Below, in pieces: positions 52,935 through 64,000 of a stretch of 64,000 bases of DNA (positions are counted from its first letter, which is position 1; the number at the start of each line of letters is the position of its first letter). Source of the stretch: Octopus bimaculoides (Eukaryota). The translations under genes and the position numbers were made by a program. The notes below the pieces were generated by a model. That model was not told the DNA's origin, did not search any database, and worked only from the letters and a program-made list of their open reading frames with translations. The stretch spans positions 43,850,122-43,914,121 of the forward strand of contig NC_068998.1 of the NCBI RefSeq assembly GCF_001194135.2. Direction: 5' to 3'.

Positions 52935-52995
52935 GTAAGTCATTTCCAATTCTTGCGGGAAAGTTTGCTTTTCTCATACATGAAATTCTCTACTG
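52935..52995 (+). other. Candidate 61-nt exon or RS-exon
   Basis: Polypyrimidine tract plus TAG|GTAAGT at the 5' side; CTG|GTAAGT at the 3' side. No recognisable protein homology. Confidence 0.35.
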
Positions 52996-54912
52996 GTAAG
53001 TATAAGTTTTTAATTTATGGTTTCTAATCTTTACCATCACTGTATCATAACATGTTGTCTTCATAAAGGAAAGAAAACTTATAATTCTTACATCTATACT
53101 CACACATTATCAAAGGCAATGAGTCCTTTGAAATGTATGATGATAATGGCGCTGGCATTGATCTATATCTTGTTGTTAATGAAACCTATCGACACTCTGA
53201 TCCAACAATTTGAATCTTTTATCTGAAACGGTCTGTTTTCTTAGGAACTGGTAACCCAAGACTTGTATAAATGTGCATGTATGGACGTTTGTATGTGTAT
53301 GAATGCATGCATACATGTATGTGCATATGCAAGTATATGCACATACATGTATATTATATGTATGTGTACATAGGCATACTCATTTACATATATGCATACG
53401 TATATACATGTATACACATGCACACTTTTGTTCGGAAAATAGTTTATCTCCACTCCCAGATCAGATCTGGTCCATCAGATTGAATGTGTTCCAGAAATGA
53501 TTGTCTTTTTTTTCTTTTTTCAGGCATAGTGTACCAAAGATTATATGATCTAATATGTCATTTATTCATTTAAACAAAGAGCATGTGATATGAAGGGAAA
53601 TTTGGCTGCTATATTTAGCAATTTCAGTGATTACATAGAGGCTACATGTGTCCAGATATTACATGCAACTGGGAAAAGCTTTTATCCAGTTCTTCAAGCA
53701 GTGGCCTCCTTTGATTTAATCAGGATTTTTTTCTGTGAAAATCAAAATAGTCACTCAGTTTACTTCAGCATAGCAACGAAATTTCCTTCCTCAAAAACAC
53801 CCTAATATCTTTAAAATGGGGAAACAATATTTTTTAAAACTCCCTAAGTGTTTGGATAACATATCCTCATAGCAAATCAGGATTTTCATGTGTCATAGAT
53901 TTGTTTTTTTAAATTATTAATTCTAGTGGGATATTTTGAGAATTTTGAAATGAAAGTTTTGATAGTTTAAAAGAAACATGCAAAAATAGAAATAAATAAA
54001 TAAATAAACAAAGGCAAAAGTAATAATTCGAAATTCCATTTTACTAACAGGAAAATCAATTTGTCTAAAAATACAAAAAAGAATTTATTAATTGAAAAAA
54101 CAATTCTAGAATGAAATTGTTTATTTATTATTCATTTGATTGTGTGTTTTTAATTTTTATTTTAAAGTTTAAATAGTTTAAGATGATTTAAACATAGTTA
54201 ACATTATTTGCATTGTCAAACTTTGTAAAATGACAGGAAGATATTTTTTTATCAAATTCTTTATTCATTTATTAATATATTTCGTTTTTTTTTTTACTTC
54301 CCACTGAAATCAATCTTAAAACTATTTAAAAATTTACCAGCTTTCAATTGAGTCATCGGAATATTTTGTTTTCCATAAAACATTAAATATTCAGTTAAGT
54401 GTGCATTGGCGAAAAGTTTAGCCACATAAATATTCTTCAAATTCAATAACTTTTCAGTGGGAAATAACAATTTCACAGCAATTTCGAAACTGTGGTTTTA
54501 AATATATTTTACAAATTGAGAAACTGAAGTGAGGGCTTTGATTTTAGTTTTCCTGTTAATTTATTTGCTATTGTATCCAATTATAGAGAATGGTGCAGCC
54601 AGTCAAATTGATGATTGAACGCATTGATAAATTTCTTGCCTAAAGACTTAGCACTTTGTATTTAATAATGAAAGATCTTAACCAAAATGCTGAGCCCATT
54701 AATTTGTAAAAAAAGTTGTAAAATGCTGCTTGCTGAAAATGATGGGTTACAATGACATATAAGCAGATAGCTACTTCTGTCACTTTTCAGTGACAGATTT
54801 TTAAAACTTTTTTTTTTTCTGTTTGCTAGTTCATTGAATAATTTTACCCATTGATTTACAGTCGTCAACTCTAACTATGGAAGGATATTGAGTATATAAT
54901 CTATAATGTAAA

Positions 54913-55144
54913 TATTGGGTTGTCCGGAAAGTTTGTGCCGATTTTTAAAGGAAAGAAAAAGGTCAATAAATACTTGCCATTACATTTTTAATCAACCAAA
55001 TATGAACCATTTTGTTTCACAATGCATCTCCATCTTTTCTTTAACTTGGAAATACCCTCTTCCCAGAATTGAGGTGGTTTCACGGCAAATAAGTCGAAAG
55101 TTAAGCTACTACAAATTGGCAGAAACTTTGCAGACAACCCAATA
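54913..55144 (-). mobile_element. mariner-derived MITE (second family)
   Basis: TA-TTGGGTTGTC...GACAACCCAA-TA. The minus strand encodes a mariner C-terminus: KPPQFWEEGISKLKKRWRCIVKQNGSYLVD*. Confidence 0.88.
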
Positions 55145-55619
55145 ATTTCATCACCAAATACTTCCATGTTTTAAATATTCTTATTGACTAGTTTTGTCCT
55201 TTTATTAGTAAAGTATAAACTGATGGCTGCAGATGTCAGGCATTCAATCATCTGTCCACTGCATCTTATAGCAGAAACAACAGTAAGCTAATGGAAGGAT
55301 ACTGAGGACATAATCTAGAATGCAAATAATTTTATCGCCAAATGCTTCCATATTTTAAATATTCTCATTATTGGCTACTTCTGTTCTTCTGTTCCAAATA
55401 TACAAACTGATGACTAGAGATGTCTTTGAAATAGTATCACATCAGTATCTTTACTAATTCATATATTCTCATAAGCAGGCTGTTTTGAGTGCATATTATG
55501 ATGTCAATTAGTTATTCCTTTGATAATATTTTAGCTAATATACTTGATTGGTATCAAATTCCACAATATTTCCATGTGCATTATCATTATTGATTATTAT
55601 TTTAAATTAATCTTGGGAT

Positions 55620-56080
55620 AGGTACAGGCATGGCTGTGTGATCAGAAGTTTACTTCCTAACTGTATGGGTTCAGTTCCACTGTGTGACACCTTGGACAAG
55701 TGTCTTCTACTATAGCCTCAGGCTGACCAAAGCCTTGTGAATGTATTTGATTGATGAAAACTGAAAGAAGCTCATGAAATATATATATGTGTGTGTGTGT
55801 CTGTGTTAGTCCCCCATCACTGCTTAACAACCAGTGTTGGTATGTTTATGTGCTTGTAACTTAGCAGTTCAGTAACAGACTGATGGAATAAGTACCTTAC
55901 ATAAGATATATGTGCTGGAGTTGAACCATTCAACTAAAAGAAAAGTCAAAGTGATGCCCCAGCATGGTCGCAGTTTAATGACTAAAACACATAAAAGAAT
56001 AGGTACAGGCATGGCCCTGTGGTCAGAACTTTACTTCCTAATCACCTGGGTTCAGTTTCACTGTTTGGTGCCTTGAGCAG
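55620..56080 (+). mobile_element. SINE family A plus an immediately following second head
   Basis: AGGTACAGGCATGGC at 55620 and again at 56001. Confidence 0.8.
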
Positions 56081-56179
56081 AAAATAGTTTAAAATGTAAA
56101 TCAAGCTGCTGATAGTAGGGGGTCACATGGGTTTCAAGCTTTTGGATAAGGGGTCATGAGGGCAAAAACGTTGGGATCT

Positions 56180-56365
56180 GCTGCTTTAACATTTTACATA
56201 GTTCAAACTATACATGTTAATGTGTGAAAAGCAAATTTGGAATTAAGAAAGAAGTTTCTATCATATAAAACTAGTTTTTAAATACTAAATAGCTATAGGG
56301 GTCCACCAAAATAGAATAGTAATCAAAGGGGTCCATAGATAAAAAAAAATGGTCAAAAACCCTTA
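56180..56365. mobile_element. hAT-like element 3' part (same family as 20649)
   Basis: ggggtccaccaaaatagaatagtaatcaaaggggtccatag aligns to 20925-20970. Confidence 0.55.
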
Positions 56366-56711
56366 TTCTATGCAGTCTTTATATCATATATTGCAAGCAA
56401 TGAATCATGTGCATACACAAACGCAGAGACAGATTCACATGCATGCATGTATGCAAATGCACTCATAGTCATATTTCTATGCATTCATATGTTCGAGCAC
56501 AATGAGAGAAAGAGAGATTTGTAGATAGAAAGAAAAAAAAAAAGGACATAAATAACATTAAAGACCAAAATTTCTATCTTCAATCTTACAGGTTTCTTTC
56601 TCTGAATTCTGCACCATTAACTACTTTTGTAACTGAATCACTTTCTCAATGCAGTTCATCATAACTCACACCAACTTTATCAGCACCAATACTACTGCTA
56701 TTGTTGCTGTT

Positions 56712-56742
<31 letters not shown>

Positions 56743-58320
56743 GTCGACACCACCACAACCAGTGGTGGTGGTAGTAGTAGTTGTTGTAGTTTTGTCAATT
56801 CTTGTTACAACTGAAATCGAAACTACTGTCTTCGGTCTTAGATGATGAGTGTTTGACTAAGTCGGAAGTAAAAAAAATATATTTATGCAAACACTACAAA
56901 ACTACTTGATGGGAGATGAAGAAGAAGGAGGAGGAGGAGGAGGAGAAAAAAATTTAGATTAGCAAATAATATGTATAAATTTAAAACAAATAAAGAAAAA
57001 AAAATGGGTATGAGAGGAAGAAGATGATGATGAAGAAGAAACATCTCCATATATCAATATTGATGGATGGACTATCATCAACTGTGGAATTGAAATGACT
57101 GGATGGTTTGTCACTTAAGAGATTCTTGATACCTCAGATATTGTCAAAGTTAACATTGTGATATTTCATAAGAAACCTCTGTGTGTATAAGTGTGTGTGT
57201 GTGTACGTATGCATGTTTTTTTTACTTTCACTTTTGAGTAAAGCAGTGGGCAGGGAATAGAGGAGAGGCAAGAATGTGAAAAACTGACAAAGTGATGTAA
57301 AAAAAAAAAGAATAAAAAAAAACATTGCAGGAAAATGTTGTCAACATAGTTCTTGTCATCTGCTTAACTTATATCATCATAAGTATCACCATCATCATCA
57401 TCATCTCTATCATTGCCATTGTCATTATAACTCTTATTGTCATTGTCTTCGTCCTAATCATCTTCACCATTACCATCGCCACCGCCACCATCTACAGTGT
57501 AGCCGTCATCACATTTATCAATCTAACCACCAGTACCAGCCACCAGCCCACACGTAATAGCTGTTATAGGAACAAGGTTCACTTAATTATAATGTCACCA
57601 CTATTGTAATTATCATCATCAACATTGCTGCATGTACCACTGCCATTAATATCATTATACCAAATATAATCATCACCTCATCATCATCATCATCATCATC
57701 ATCACCATCATCATCACCACTGTATTCAACAACAATGAATATAAAAATATAAACTTTTTCCCTTTCACTTATTAGTTTTTTCCCCCCTCAAATGAAAATA
57801 ACTGCCAACAAATTCCAAAAGAATTTTATTTTTCTAAAATCCTGGATTTTAAATTCTTTCGAACTTTTCCTGCATTTTCTTTCACTGTCATCAACTTTTT
57901 AAAAATAAATAAATCACCTACTTCATCCATCTACCCAACTTCCCAGAGTGCCTCCTCTTCACTAACCATCAGTTACTACTTCTGTTTAGAAATGATGTTA
58001 GCTGCCTCCTTTGATAATGTCCCAAGGGCTTCTGGATGTCAGTTTATTGATATTGGTCTGTTAAAAAAAAATATAAACAGATAAATAAATAAATAAATAA
58101 GTAATCATAAATATATAAAAACCGAATATTGCAGTGTGTGACGTAGTTGTTAAAAAATGGAAAGTTTGTAAATGTTTAGTAACATCTTAGTATGTTGTTC
58201 TGATATAACATAGCAAAATATATTACTGTTATATTTTGTAATAATTATATTAGATTTATAATGTGTAATTGATAAAGTATTAATATGAAACTGTACTGTG
58301 GATGTAATAATAATAATAAT

Positions 58321-58530
58321 TCAGACAAATACATAACAAAAACACCAGGACTTAGAAATATATATGTAACATACAGAAAATTGCACTACTGAACACTGCA
58401 CACATCCTACGCAAAACACTTTCAATACAGTAACCATAAGAGCATCACAGCGAACCACACCACATACCCAAGGCACACAGAGCTGCGCTCGGTAGTGAAG
58501 TGAAAGCACGTTATAAAAATAAAACTACTG
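58321..58530 (+). mobile_element. R4-clade (Dong-like) non-LTR 3' fragment inside (TAA)n
   Basis: SDKYITKTPGLRNIY-(frameshift)-NIQKIALLNTAHILRKTLSIQ* resembles the R4/Dong C-terminus (IQKxALLGTAHILRKVL). (AAT)n lies on both sides. Confidence 0.75.
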
Positions 58531-58670
58531 AATAATAATAATAATAACTATACTATACCTTTTATTTTTTTACTTATTTTAGTTATTAAAGTGCAGCCAT
58601 GCTGCATAATATTATATTGTGTACTAAATAAATTTTATTATGAAGTAAATGTCATCACGCGCATATTTTT

Positions 58671-59715
58671 TACAAGTACAATTTTGATAATCTAATACCA
58701 TTAAGAGCTGGATAGTGCCAGATTATGTACTGAATCTCTGTCTTAAAAATCTACAAAATCAGGTTTTAACCAGGTCAACAAGTATATTTTTCAGCAGCTT
58801 CAAACTCTGTTGGCTTCTTTTTTCTGTACATATTGTGTCTACAAATGCCATGTATTTTAAAGTTCCTGAGCCAACCAACTACAAAACATTCACTTTTCTG
58901 CAATATGCATATCTTCCCATAAATGCTTAGTATTTTCCTTGACCATTGGCATTGAAACTAGTATATTTTCAGATCACATTGCAGTAAACATCTTAAATAA
59001 CACTACGAAAGGGTGCTGAAAAGTTTCTGGCTTTGGGTAAAAGAAAATACAGGAGGATCAATTAATTATGATTTTATTCAACGTATTCCCCTCTCAGATT
59101 CACCCACGTATTGCAGCAGTCCTTCAGTTTTTCTCAGCCCTGTAAAAGAATTCTGATGGTTGGGCCTGTAAGCAGGCCTTTCACGATACACTTAAAGCCA
59201 GGGACTTTTCAGCGCCTCCTCGTATATCCAGCTCTGTAAATTTTATTTTAAAAGATACTTGCTGTACATCAACACTTTTGCCTGTCCCCGAATCAGCCAT
59301 AAATTGCATCAACTTGTCTTTTTTTTTATTTTTAATGTTCTAAATTGTTGAAGAACCTATGTTTCTTTAATGGATAATACCGTTCCTTTTATTTATTATT
59401 ATTATTTTTTTTTTTTTTTGGAAGACACTGTATTATTTCAATTTCCTGGTGCAATGTTAGAATAACATGCTGGTTTAAAAAAAATTTTTTTTTTCATACT
59501 TTTCCCAAAATGGCTACTCTTATCAACCTTGGAAGACATTTTCACTAATGCATGGACAGTGTATAACTAAACTGTTATTTTTAACTTGAATGTAAACAAT
59601 GATGGGTAATGTTGACAGCAAGTGACAGCATTTTGGTAAAAAAGTGAAGTGCATTGAGAAAAATGCTTGCAAATTGGGTCTAATGGATACCAGATTAAAG
59701 AAACTTTACAATACG
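58671..59715 (-). mobile_element. Internally deleted pogo/Tigger fossil (N-terminal HTH region), split by a mariner MITE
   Basis: MSSKVDK...QHVILTLHQEIEII...SSTI*NIK..KDKLMQFMADS...ELDIVLFKMF..*SENI..KENTK...GWLRNFKIHGI...EAAEKY resembles JRK/TIGD7-type Tigger proteins. Degenerate TIR-like ends near 58671 and 59715. Confidence 0.7.
59004..59224 (-). mobile_element. mariner-derived MITE (same family as 5720)
   Basis: TA-CGAAAGGGTGCTGAAAAGTTTCTGGCTTT...AAAGCCAGGGACTTTTCAGCGCCTCCTCG-TA. Confidence 0.9.
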
Positions 59716-61571
59716 GTAAATGATTTAAGTGCTATATTGTATAGTGAATATATACTATATTGTGCAGTAAATGTTTTATTATTATCAAATTTTGTAGTAA
59801 ATACTAAGATATTCTATGATAAATATATTGTTATAGCAGGTATCACATTTGTGTATATTTATTAGTGACTGTACTTGGTATATGTTGTGTAAGTGTGATA
59901 TCAACGTATGAGACTTGTTTCTGGTTGTATGGTTGATCTATGCTTTACAAATATGATGTCAGCCACCAGAGATTGTAACGTATATAGCTGCACAAATGAT
60001 TATTATTGTCTTTGTAGGGTACATTTTGATGAATAGATATTCTTTAGAAATAACTAAATTAAACATGAAATATGACCCTCTACACAGAACTATTTAGTCT
60101 TTTATTCAAATTTTTGTAACAAGCCATCGGTATTACATTTAAATGAGTGAAGATATAAAAAAAAAGAAAGAAAGAAAGAAAAGTTGATTGTCACTTTTAT
60201 AATCAGTAACAGTACAAGGCAGATTGTTTATTTGTAACAATATGCCAAAACTGTCAAGTCATCTCTTCTTTAGTATAATCCCTTAAGGTCCATACTAATC
60301 ATTCTATTTGATCCATTTTCCCTGACCAGGGAGAATGGATTCAGTAAAATTACAACACCAACAACAACTACATAGAAAAATTCAAGCTGTATATCAGCCA
60401 TATTAAATCCACCAGATTGAAAAACATTCAAATGTTATAGGAACAGTATCTTTATTTGGATTGAATTTATGAAAAAGAAAACTGCATGTATTTTAACATT
60501 CATTTTCTTTCATTCTTTATTTTCTAGAATTCAATTACTTGTTCAGTAACTATTTAGCCCTAGGCTCATCTTAAATGAGCAGACTTATACCCAAAGCTTT
60601 TCCCAACTTTGACCAAGCTTATGTAGTTAATTTAAAACAACATTATACTGAATTTTATCTTTTTCAAGACAGTGTAAGGAGGATTTAAGTGTGATTTGGC
60701 TGCTATATTTAGCAGGCTGTGCACTAGGTTTTACTTTTGGCAGTGATGATCGATATACATAATAATGACTGTTGATGATGATGATGATGATGATGACGAT
60801 GATGCCTGAAGGCAACAGAAACAATGATGACTGGTTTTCAACCTTGGCTAATATGTCAGTGTGCCTTAGGAAATATTCTAGAAAAATGTCTGCTATCTGT
60901 GGTTTCTTACAGCTTGGTGATTCTAAATCTCATAGAATTATGCCATCTCAGCAACAAGGCAACAACTCTTTCAATGAATATTGACTCACAACCCTACAAG
61001 ACTGTAATCCAATACCTTATCCACTCAGCCACCAAAGACTCCATTTGTAAAAGAAAATCCTAATGAAAGAACTGTTTCTAATCTCCTGTTTTGAACAAGC
61101 CATTTATCACTTTAAAGTATGATTTTCTCTTCCCAAGTGTGCTTTTAACCATATTTCTACATTAACTAAATTTACTATCCCATAAGGTGGTGGTCATTGA
61201 AAAAGCACTTTATGGATTGACATTTCAGGCTTATAATTGCCATCATTCTCTTGCACACTTAGCTACATATAAACAAGATGCACAGACTAAGTAAAATTTC
61301 AGATGTAATCACAATGTGACACATAGGTTATTAATCACTTTAGCTAGCGATCTTCCTGAAGTTAGCTGTCACTCAGAAAAAAACAGTTAATTTTTAAACT
61401 CTGTGGGAATGGAAAGTAATTTTTGTATAAGAAACTGGTTGCTTCTGTAGATCTGGTGAGAGCGAAAGTGGAGGTGGAGGTAGTAGTCTTACGGCAAAGG
61501 TAAATTGTGTGCATGGTTTGGTTTCTTTTTCTTATGATGCTTATATGAGTATATGTATGTATCTATATATA

Positions 61572-61604
<33 letters not shown>

Positions 61605-61671
61605 GTGTGTGTATATACATGTGTGTACGTGTATGTGTGTGTATATAAATATATATGTATATATATATATC

Positions 61672-61710
<39 letters not shown>

Positions 61711-61805
61711 GTATGTATGTGTGTGTATGCATATAAGTGTGTCTGTATGTATATATATATGTTTGTGTGTGGATATATATATATGTATATATGTATATAT
61801 GAATG

Positions 61806-62200
61806 GACATGGCTCAGTGGTTAGAGCATCAGACTTACCATCATGATATTGTGATGTTGTGAGTTTGATCCCCAGACCAGGCTGTGTGTTGTGTTCTTGA
61901 GCAAGACACTTTGTTTCATGTTGCTCCAGTTCACTCATCTGTAGAAATGAGTTGCGATGTCACAGGTGCCAAGCCGTATCAGCTTTTGCTTTTCCTTTGG
62001 ATAACATTGGTGGCGAGGGGAGGGGAGAAAGGCAGCCATGGGTAATTGCTGTTTTTCTACAAACAACTTTGCCCAGACTTGTGCCTTGCAGGGGAACTTT
62101 CTTGGTGCAATCTCAGGGTCATTCATGACCAAAACATCCCTCTGTCTTCTACTATAGCCTCGGCCTGAACAAAGCCTTGTAAGTGGATTTAGTAGATGGA
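61806..62200 (+). mobile_element. B-related SINE, followed by a short family A fragment
   Basis: tggctcagtggttagagcatcag...gagtttgatcccagacc...cttgagcaagacacttt...gttgctccagttcactc. Confidence 0.7.
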
Positions 62201-62779
62201 TACTAGAGATGAGTGACATCAGAGTAAGAGATAGATAACTGCAGAGATGCAGATCAATCCAGAGAAGGAAGGTGTGAAAGACGAAATATGTCTTGGTCAA
62301 ATGCATGTGCAAAGAAGAAGGAGATCATGCTTATTTCGGAAATGAAAAGATAAATGATAAAGACATATAACATGGAGAAATCACGATCTATGGGAGCCAT
62401 AAATCCCATCTCTGATGGAACAAAGTTCTAGCTGAACAAATGTAACATGGTGATAGAATATTGTTGTAGAGAGTGCCATAAAATCTAAGACTCATGAGGG
62501 AAAGAATGGCAAAAAGTGGGTTCTAGAGAAAGGAAGAAGATAGGGGACACCTAGGATGGAGAGTCATTGAAGAGGTCACAGGATATGTGATGAAAGATTT
62601 CCAGCCACTAAAATAAAAGTAATAATAAATCTGAAATGAAGAATGAATATATATAGCGTGTGTTTATTTGGAAAAAAAAAAAAAAATTAAAAATAACATG
62701 ACCATCCCCAAATATAACAATATCTGTTTCAGCACATGATTTCAAATCAGGAATCTTGCAAAACAAAAACATAAACATG

Positions 62780-62816
<37 letters not shown>

Positions 62817-62841
62817 TTATACAGGGAGAGAGAGACAGAGA

Positions 62842-62896
<55 letters not shown>

Positions 62897-63707
62897 ACGT
62901 ATATGTATATGTAGAGCAATTAATTTCCCTGTTGGTAAATAAATTTATGAGACTTCATCATCAGACACGTTTGTGTAACATGACACTTTTGATTAGACAA
63001 AGTAAATTGTTATTGATTCTTCTGAAGACATTTGTGGCAACAAGGTGCTTTAAAAGCATGGGATAGGAGGAGAATGGTTAGTGGCATGACCTGAACGTAT
63101 CGTGTGTTAGCAAGATCTTTTGCAGCAAGTCATACTATCATAATGTAAGTTTAGAAATAACTTTTAAGCTTGAGAGAAATGAAAATACACCTTATCTAAA
63201 ATTAATATCTCCCCAGATATTATAATTTTATTTCTTTTTCGTAATTTTTTTATTTCATACTCATTGAATTATATTTTGCAAAATTGGAAACCAAAATAAA
63301 TTGGAGCAAAAAGAAGAAACTAAAAATTATAAAAAATAATTATAAAGTAAAACAAAAAAAGCATTGTTGATTCTATTTGAGTATTATTAGCATTCAATTT
63401 ACAACTGATTGTCTTTATGTTAGATGATAATTGTAACCAAACAAATGGCCAAGTAGTGTAGAGGTCAATTCTTTATTACTCTTACCTATGATGTATTGTG
63501 TTTATGGTCAAAACATTTATCTTTAACAAGTGTTGTTCAAGTTAATGCAAATTACATCAAGTTATATCGTTGTTGTTTAATCTCAGATCAGCCTTAATCC
63601 AGCAGGGCTATATGATCAAACATGTCTCATCCTTGACTATCTGGTTATTTCCTTTTTTAAGCATTGTGTATCTAGGACTATATTACTTGATGTATTTTTT
63701 TCATCTT

Positions 63708-63940
63708 TTAACCATTTAGCGTTTAAACTGGCTATATCCGGTGAAAATAATTTACCTGCTTTATCTTCAAAATGGCCAGATATGGCTTCTTGTACTTAGT
63801 TCACGATATTATTCTAAAATTAGACAATCGCATCATTGAAATCTCAAGGCTGCAAACTAATGCATGACCGATTCATATCAATGTGAATAAATAAGCATTA
63901 CATTTGATTTGAAAGAGAAATTAGAATGATAAAAGGTTAA
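63708..63940. mobile_element. piggyBac-like MITE
   Basis: TTAA flanks; aatgtgaataaataagcattacatttga matches the reverse complement of about 46850-46880. Confidence 0.7.
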
Positions 63941-64000
63941 AGACAATAGGGTGTAATTTATCTGCTATTTCCAGCGTATTTCATGACCACAGAAACGCTT

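Noticed and set aside
57998-58057. Minus-strand candidate exon TNINKLTSRSPWDIIKGGS*
   Set aside because: Good acceptor but no partner exon or homology, and it conflicts with the plus-strand signals at 52.9-53.5 kb.

Overview
AT-rich, microsatellite-dense eukaryotic genomic DNA from a draft assembly with seven N gaps, almost all flanked by (TA)n. The repeat families I recognise from memory point to a coleoid cephalopod, most likely Octopus; this was not checked against a database. I cannot support any complete protein-coding gene. The long ORFs in the track are microsatellite or N-gap artefacts, or retrotransposon remnants. The window is dominated by tRNA-derived SINEs (three or four families, one carrying an internal microsatellite), Tc1/mariner, hAT-like and piggyBac-like MITEs, pogo/Tigger transposase fossils, and non-LTR fragments (RTE, HERO-like, R4/Dong-like). 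The unique sequence appears CpG-depleted at about 1-32 kb and 46-64 kb and not depleted in between. That central domain contains a YY1/NRF1/ETS housekeeping-type promoter at about 43.2 kb, so the flanks are probably long introns of one or two genes whose exons I can only guess at. Most interesting observations: (1) a tRNA-headed element with a hammerhead-ribozyme core and an upstream inverted copy of its own tail, a Penelope-like architecture (46.3-46.7 kb); (2) a roughly 830-bp fold-back made of two HERO-like 3' ends; (3) a recursive-splice-site/RS-exon-like signal at 52.9 kb; (4) a Dong-like fragment inside a (TAA)n repeat; (5) a Tigger fossil whose reading frame is restored by removing a nested mariner MITE. 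Element boundaries and identity estimates are by eye and approximate.
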